From: Candidatus Magasanikiibacteriota bacterium
GTDB lineage: Bacteria > Patescibacteriota > Patescibacteriia > Magasanikbacterales > 2-02-FULL-50-9b
Direction: 5' to 3'
Assembly (NCBI GenBank): GCA_943349075.1
Contig: CALQYY010000001.1
Coordinates: 8,312 to 72,311 of the forward strand
Length of the DNA: 64,000 nt
Both the position numbers and the translations under genes were made by a program. Below are positions 59,518-64,000 of this stretch, piece by piece. The notes under the pieces are model-generated. The model was given only the letters and a program-made list of their open reading frames with translations, was not told where the DNA came from and searched no databases. Numbering within the stretch: the stretch's first letter is position 1; the number at the start of each line of letters is the position of its first letter.

Positions 59518-59841
59518 ATGTCACGAAGTAGCAAAAAAGGACCATACACAGACGTGAAGCTCATGGAAAAGGTTTCGAAGCTCAAGCCGGGCGACAAAAC
59601 TGTTATCAAAACATGGGCACGTTCAAGCACAATCACACCAGAAATGGTTGGTTTCACCTTTGCCGTGCATAATGGTAAGGATTTTCTTCCTGTATACGTA
59701 ATTGAAAACATGGTAGGACACAAGCTTGGTGAATTTTCACTAACTCGTAAGTTTGTTCGCCATGGTGGTAAGCTCGCTAAGGATGCGGGTCCAGGTGCTA
59801 AGCCAGCTGCAAAACCAGCTGCTGCTCCTAAGAAGAAGTAA
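59518..59841 (+). CDS. rpsS: 30S ribosomal protein S19 with a Lys/Ala/Pro-rich C-terminal tail
   Basis: SSKKGPY start and the [12 protein letters not shown] signature. Confidence 0.9.
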   Translation: MSRSSKKGPYTDVKLMEKVSKLKPGDKTVIKTWARSSTITPEMVGFTFAVHNGKDFLPVYVIENMVGHKLGEFSLTRKFVRHGGKLAKDAGPGAKPAAKPAAAPKKK

Positions 59842-59844
59842 GCT

Positions 59845-60246
59845 ATGAAAACTAAAGCACAAGCAAATACAATCAGAATGTCGGTTCGCAAAGTGCGGCT
59901 CATCATTGATATGGTTCGTGGTTTGAATGCGCTCGAAGCGGTTACTCGCCTTGAGTTTGTTCGTCGCGATGCTGCAGAGCCGGTTGCAAAACTGATCAAA
60001 TCTGCAATTGCAAATGCAGAGCATAACCACAAAGCAGAGCCTGCTAAGTTGTGGATCTCAAGCATTAGCGCAGATAACGCTGGTTTTCTCAAGCGTTTCC
60101 GCCCACGTGCAATGGGTCGTGCAGCTGAAATTCATAAGCACTTAGCGCATGTTAGCCTCGAGCTTTCGGACGAACCAAAAACTGGTCGTGCGTTGGTAAA
60201 GGAAACTAAGACACTTGCGAAGCGCGCTAAAAAGGTAACCAAGTAA
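59845..60246 (+). CDS. rplV: 50S ribosomal protein L22
   Basis: RMSVRKVRLIIDMVRG signature. Confidence 0.9.
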   Translation: MKTKAQANTIRMSVRKVRLIIDMVRGLNALEAVTRLEFVRRDAAEPVAKLIKSAIANAEHNHKAEPAKLWISSISADNAGFLKRFRPRAMGRAAEIHKHLAHVSLELSDEPKTGRALVKETKTLAKRAKKVTK

Positions 60247-60250
60247 TCAT

Positions 60251-60943
60251 ATGGGTCACAAAGTACATCCAAAAATTTTCCGAATGGGCGAACTCTGGAC
60301 ATGGGATTCACGTTGGTTCCGTGCTAAAAATAAGTTTGCTGAAAGTCTTGAACTCGATCACGATATCCGTAAATACTTGAAAAAAGAATTGAAGGGTAGC
60401 GCTGTTGATGCAGTTAAGATTGAAATGAATCCTCGCGATGTAACGATTACGATTTTAACTGGTAAGCCAGGTATGATCATCGGTCGCGGAGGTGCTGGTA
60501 TCGAAGATCTTCGTAAGAAAGTTCAGAAAACATTTTTCAAGAATAATAAGGACAAGCAGATTCGCCTTAATGTGCAGGAACTTGCAAACCCAAGTCTTTC
60601 ATCGACAGTGGTTTCAGAGCAGATGGCACTTGATCTTGAAAAGCGTATGCCATTTCGTCGTGTGCTCAAGGGCACTATCGAACGTGCGCAGCGCGCAGGT
60701 GCACTTGGTATCAAAGTTGCGGTTTCTGGCCGTTTGAACGGTGCTGAAATTGCACGTCGCGAATGGTTGACATGGGGCAAAGTGCCACTTGCAACACTTC
60801 GTAGCGATATTGATTTCGCAATTGGTACTGCACACACCATCTATGGTGCGATTGGTATCAAGGTTTGGATCTATAAAGGGGAGCGCTTTGGTCGAAAGGA
60901 TCGCTTCGTTGATGATGCTAAAGAGAAATCTTTCACCAAATAA
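60251..60943 (+). CDS. rpsC: 30S ribosomal protein S3
   Basis: GHKVHP start, a KH domain, and GRLNGAEIAR. Confidence 0.95.
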   Translation: MGHKVHPKIFRMGELWTWDSRWFRAKNKFAESLELDHDIRKYLKKELKGSAVDAVKIEMNPRDVTITILTGKPGMIIGRGGAGIEDLRKKVQKTFFKNNKDKQIRLNVQELANPSLSSTVVSEQMALDLEKRMPFRRVLKGTIERAQRAGALGIKVAVSGRLNGAEIARREWLTWGKVPLATLRSDIDFAIGTAHTIYGAIGIKVWIYKGERFGRKDRFVDDAKEKSFTK

Positions 60944-60953
60944 GTAAACCACT

Positions 60954-61370
60954 ATGTTAATTCCACGAAAGGTAAAACATCGCAAGTGGCACAAGGGTCG
61001 CCGTCGCAACACAGGTGTTGCAACGAGCAAAGTTACCGTAGCTTTTGGTACATTTGGTCTCAAAGCAACGTCATACGCATGGGTAACCTCACGCCAAATC
61101 GAATCAGTTCGTAAAGTGCTGACTCGCTACACAAAGAAGACTGGTAAGATCTGGATCCGTATTTTCCCAGATAAGCCAATTACACAGAAGGGTGCTCAAA
61201 CTCCGATGGGTAAAGGAAAGGGTTCAGTTGATCACTACGTTTGCATCATCAAGCCAGGAACAATCATGTTTGAGATGGACGGTATCACTGAAGCGCAGGC
61301 AAAAGAAGCTTTCGACCTCGCTGAGTTCAAGCTTCCAATGAAGACAACGTTAGTCAAACGTCACGTGTAA
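60954..61370 (+). CDS. rplP: 50S ribosomal protein L16
   Basis: MLIPRKVKHRK start and the RMGKGKG-type loop (PMGKGKGS). Confidence 0.9.
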   Translation: MLIPRKVKHRKWHKGRRRNTGVATSKVTVAFGTFGLKATSYAWVTSRQIESVRKVLTRYTKKTGKIWIRIFPDKPITQKGAQTPMGKGKGSVDHYVCIIKPGTIMFEMDGITEAQAKEAFDLAEFKLPMKTTLVKRHV

Positions 61371-61374
61371 CACT

Positions 61375-61575
61375 ATGAAAGTAACAGAACTTCGCGACAA
61401 ATCAACAGAGCAGTTGACTCAGATGGCATCAGAGCTATCAGAGCAGCTTCGCGCGTTGAAAACAGCGCTTCGTACAAATAGCTACACACGCTCACACGAG
61501 CTCGGCGCAGCACGCAAATTGCGCGCTCAGGTATTGACTATTCTGAGTCAGAAGCGTACAATAACACGTTCGTAA
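61375..61575 (+). CDS. rpmC: 50S ribosomal protein L29
   Basis: Size, position and the ELRDKSTEQL start. Confidence 0.85.
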   Translation: MKVTELRDKSTEQLTQMASELSEQLRALKTALRTNSYTRSHELGAARKLRAQVLTILSQKRTITRS

Positions 61576-61576
61576 T

Positions 61577-61819
61577 ATGGAAAAAGTAGCACACAAACGA
61601 ACCCACTCAGGGACTGTGATCTCAACTGCAATGCATAAAACCATTGTTGTTCAGGTTGACAGCATTAAAACCCACCCAAAGTACAATAAACAGTACACTC
61701 GATCAAAAAAATATCACGTACACGATGAGAAGGAAACTTCAAAAGTTGGAGACGTGGTAACTTTTGTAGACTGCCGCCCACTTTCTAAAACAAAGCGCTG
61801 GCGCGTCTTGACCGCATAA
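61577..61819 (+). CDS. rpsQ: 30S ribosomal protein S17
   Basis: [14 protein letters not shown] and KYHVHDE signatures. Confidence 0.9.
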   Translation: MEKVAHKRTHSGTVISTAMHKTIVVQVDSIKTHPKYNKQYTRSKKYHVHDEKETSKVGDVVTFVDCRPLSKTKRWRVLTA

Positions 61820-61823
61820 TTCT

Positions 61824-62195
61824 ATGGTACAACATCGTTCAATGCTTAAGTCAGCAGACAATACAGGAGCAAAAAAGCTCTATGTTATTCGCGTGCTCGG
61901 AGGTTACCAGAAGCGTTATGCAACCATTGGTGACTTTGTTGTGTGCAGCGTTAAAATCGCTGAACCACACGGTCAGGTGAAAAAAGGTGACGTAGTAACT
62001 GCAGTTATCGTTCGTCAGCGCAAAGAAATGCGCCGCAGCGACGGTACCTACGTTCGTTTCGACGAAAATGCAGGCGTAATCATCGACAAAAAGACAAAAG
62101 AACCAAAAGGCTCACGTATCTTCGGTCCAGTTGCACGCGAACTTCGCAATATGGGCTACCAGAAGATTGTGTCGCTCGCACCTGAAGTTTTGTAA
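61824..62195 (+). CDS. rplN: 50S ribosomal protein L14
   Basis: [17 protein letters not shown] start. Confidence 0.95.
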   Translation: MVQHRSMLKSADNTGAKKLYVIRVLGGYQKRYATIGDFVVCSVKIAEPHGQVKKGDVVTAVIVRQRKEMRRSDGTYVRFDENAGVIIDKKTKEPKGSRIFGPVARELRNMGYQKIVSLAPEVL

Positions 62196-62197
62196 AT

Positions 62198-62521
62198 ATG
62201 AAAAAGACACATCTTAAAATCAAAACTGGTGACACCGTTCAGGTGATGGCAGGTAAAGATAAAGGCAAGATCGGAAAGGTTTTGCAGATCTTTATCGAAC
62301 GCAATCGCGTGGTAGTAGAAGGTGCAAATTTCATGAAAAAGCACATCAAAGCTCGTGGTGGTAAGGATGCAAAGGGTCAAATCTTGCAGCTCTCAGCTCC
62401 AATGCATCTTTCAAATGTGATGCTCGTGGACCCATCAAACAGCAAACCAACTCGTGTAAAAATCGAGATGCAGGGCGACAAAAAGGTTCGAGTTTCTAAG
62501 AAATCTGGAACAGCTATCTAA
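62198..62521 (+). CDS. rplX: 50S ribosomal protein L24
   Basis: KIKTGDTVQVMAGKDKGK KOW motif. Confidence 0.9.
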   Translation: MKKTHLKIKTGDTVQVMAGKDKGKIGKVLQIFIERNRVVVEGANFMKKHIKARGGKDAKGQILQLSAPMHLSNVMLVDPSNSKPTRVKIEMQGDKKVRVSKKSGTAI

Positions 62522-62522
62522 T

Positions 62523-63071
62523 ATGAAGAGAATGCAAGAGGTCTACAAAACAGAAATTGCTCCAGTTCTTAAGAAGGAACTCGGAATTGACAACGTTAAT
62601 GCAATCCCAAAGGTTGTAAAGATTGTTGTTTCAGTTGGTGTTGGTAAATTGTCAAAAGACAGCAAAATGTTGGAGACAGTTGAAAGCACATTGACTCGTA
62701 TTACTGGCCAGAAGCCTGCTCAGACTCGCGCACGTGTTTCAATTTCAAACTTCAAACTTCGTGAAGGCATGGTTGTTGGTTACAAAGTGACACTTCGCGG
62801 CGCTCGCATGTGGGATTTCTTACAGAAACTCGTACACATCACATTCGCTCGCGTTCGTGATTTCCGTGGTATCTCAATCAAGCACATTGATGACAATGGT
62901 AACATCTCTATCGGTTTCAAAGATCAGCTTGCGTTTCCAGAAATTCGCAATGACGAGCTCGAAGCTGTACATGGAGTTGAAATTACTATACATTCAACTG
63001 CAGGTGATCGAAAGAGTGGGGAAGCGTTATTCCGCGCACTCGGGTTCCCATTTAAGGATGGTGTGAAATAA
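62523..63071 (+). CDS. rplE: 50S ribosomal protein L5
   Basis: L5 signature blocks and position in the operon. Confidence 0.9.
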   Translation: MKRMQEVYKTEIAPVLKKELGIDNVNAIPKVVKIVVSVGVGKLSKDSKMLETVESTLTRITGQKPAQTRARVSISNFKLREGMVVGYKVTLRGARMWDFLQKLVHITFARVRDFRGISIKHIDDNGNISIGFKDQLAFPEIRNDELEAVHGVEITIHSTAGDRKSGEALFRALGFPFKDGVK

Positions 63072-63075
63072 TTAT

Positions 63076-63261
63076 ATGGCAACAGAAGGACAGATTGCTC
63101 AAACTAAAAAAGCGCCAAAGTTTTCAAGCCGCAAAGTGAATCGTTGTTTTCGCTGCGGTCGAAAGCATGGCTACATGCGCCTCTTCAATCTCTGCCGTAT
63201 TTGTTTCCGCGAATTAGCGAACCGCGGTGAGATTCCAGGTGTTACCAAATCAAGCTGGTAA
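63076..63261 (+). CDS. rpsN: 30S ribosomal protein S14 type Z (zinc-binding)
   Basis: 61 aa with CxxC...CxxC (CFRCGRKHG...CRICFRE). Confidence 0.9.
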   Translation: MATEGQIAQTKKAPKFSSRKVNRCFRCGRKHGYMRLFNLCRICFRELANRGEIPGVTKSSW

Positions 63262-63266
63262 AAGAT

Positions 63267-63662
63267 ATGACTACAGATCCAATCGCAGACATGCTCACAA
63301 GAATCCGCAATGGCTACATGGCTCACAAGCATGAAGTATCTATTCCGTATTCAAAATTAAAAATGGCACTCATCGCAATTATTGCGGAAGAGGGCTTCGT
63401 TTCATCTGCTGAAAAAGTTGATGGTAAAGACGGATTCCCTGAAATCAAAGTTCGCTTGAAATATGCAGGTGGTCGACCAGCAGTTACTGAAATCACGCGT
63501 GTTTCACGCCCAGGTCTTCGCGTTTACAAAAAACGTGGTGAATTTCCTGTGGTACAGAGTGGTTACGGTATCGCAATTGTTTCAACTCCAAAGGGTTTGA
63601 TGACTAATCGTAAGGCTCGCATTAGCGGTCTTGGCGGTGAACTCATGTGCACCATCTGGTAA
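63267..63662 (+). CDS. rpsH: 30S ribosomal protein S8
   Basis: DPIADMLTRIRN start. Confidence 0.95.
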   Translation: MTTDPIADMLTRIRNGYMAHKHEVSIPYSKLKMALIAIIAEEGFVSSAEKVDGKDGFPEIKVRLKYAGGRPAVTEITRVSRPGLRVYKKRGEFPVVQSGYGIAIVSTPKGLMTNRKARISGLGGELMCTIW

Positions 63663-63673
63663 TCTAGACTTCT

Positions 63674-64000
63674 ATGTCACGTATCGGTAAAAAACCAATT
63701 CAAATTCCTGCAGGTGTTGAGGTAACCGTTAAAGACCACACTGTTTCAGTGAAGGGTCCTAAAGGTTCATTAAGCACAACACTTCACGATCATGTTACCG
63801 CAACAAAAGAGGGTGATGTGCTCACTGTTACAATTGCAGACGAAAACGAAAAGAAAGACCGCTCACTTTGGGGACTTTCAGCAACACTCGTGAACAACAT
63901 GATTGTTGGTGTTACAAAAGGCTACGAGAAAAAACTTGAACTCGTTGGTGTTGGTTACCGCGCAGCAATGCAGGGTAAGGATATCAAGATTGAAGTTGGT
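63674..64000 (+). CDS. rplF: 50S ribosomal protein L6 (5' part; runs off the window end)
   Basis: MSRIGKKPIQIPAGV start and the expected position after rpsH. Confidence 0.85.
   Translation, partial: MSRIGKKPIQIPAGVEVTVKDHTVSVKGPKGSLSTTLHDHVTATKEGDVLTVTIADENEKKDRSLWGLSATLVNNMIVGVTKGYEKKLELVGVGYRAAMQGKDIKIEVG

Overview
This looks like a compact, moderately AT-rich bacterial chromosome segment with about 70 tightly packed genes. Lysine-rich extensions on several ribosomal proteins and a short EF-Ts suggest a small-genome, possibly CPR/Patescibacteria-like lineage, but that is only an inference. From 5' to 3' the window contains: (1) translation genes rpmE-prfA and rpsB-tsf, each with a sigma70-like promoter; (2) a signalling cluster made of an FNR-like reductase fused to two PAS domains, an extracytoplasmic CHASE sensor with no output domain, and a solute-binding-domain/PAS histidine kinase; (3) a large Ser/Thr-rich secreted protein; (4) a lower-glycolysis operon gap-pgk-[SIMPL protein]-eno ... 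gpmI; (5) envelope and tRNA-modification genes (PAP2, mannose-1-P guanylyltransferase, mltG, queA, tgt) plus uvrD and ndk; (6) a low-GC surface-glycan locus of about 13 kb with deoxy-amino-sugar chemistry (two SDR epimerase/dehydratases, a half-size 2,3-dehydratase-like protein, a DegT aminotransferase, three methyltransferases, three to four glycosyltransferases including an exostosin-like one, and a flippase); (7) a roughly 4.2 kb high-GC island (about 46650-50690), inserted immediately upstream of the rpsL promoter, made of small paralogous genes that each carry their own near-consensus promoter and intrinsic terminator; and (8) the str-S10-spc ribosomal superoperon (rpsL, rpsG, fusA, [inserted methyltransferase], tuf, rpsJ ... 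rplF). Two further high-GC orphan genes (22069-22602 and 32117-33475) sit between terminators and share a promoter architecture. I saw no rRNA or tRNA genes, no CRISPR array, and no transposase or integrase. The best candidate for an undescribed system is the high-GC island of Nudix-fold and 2,3-dehydratase-like paralogs together with a second two-member family of unknown proteins.
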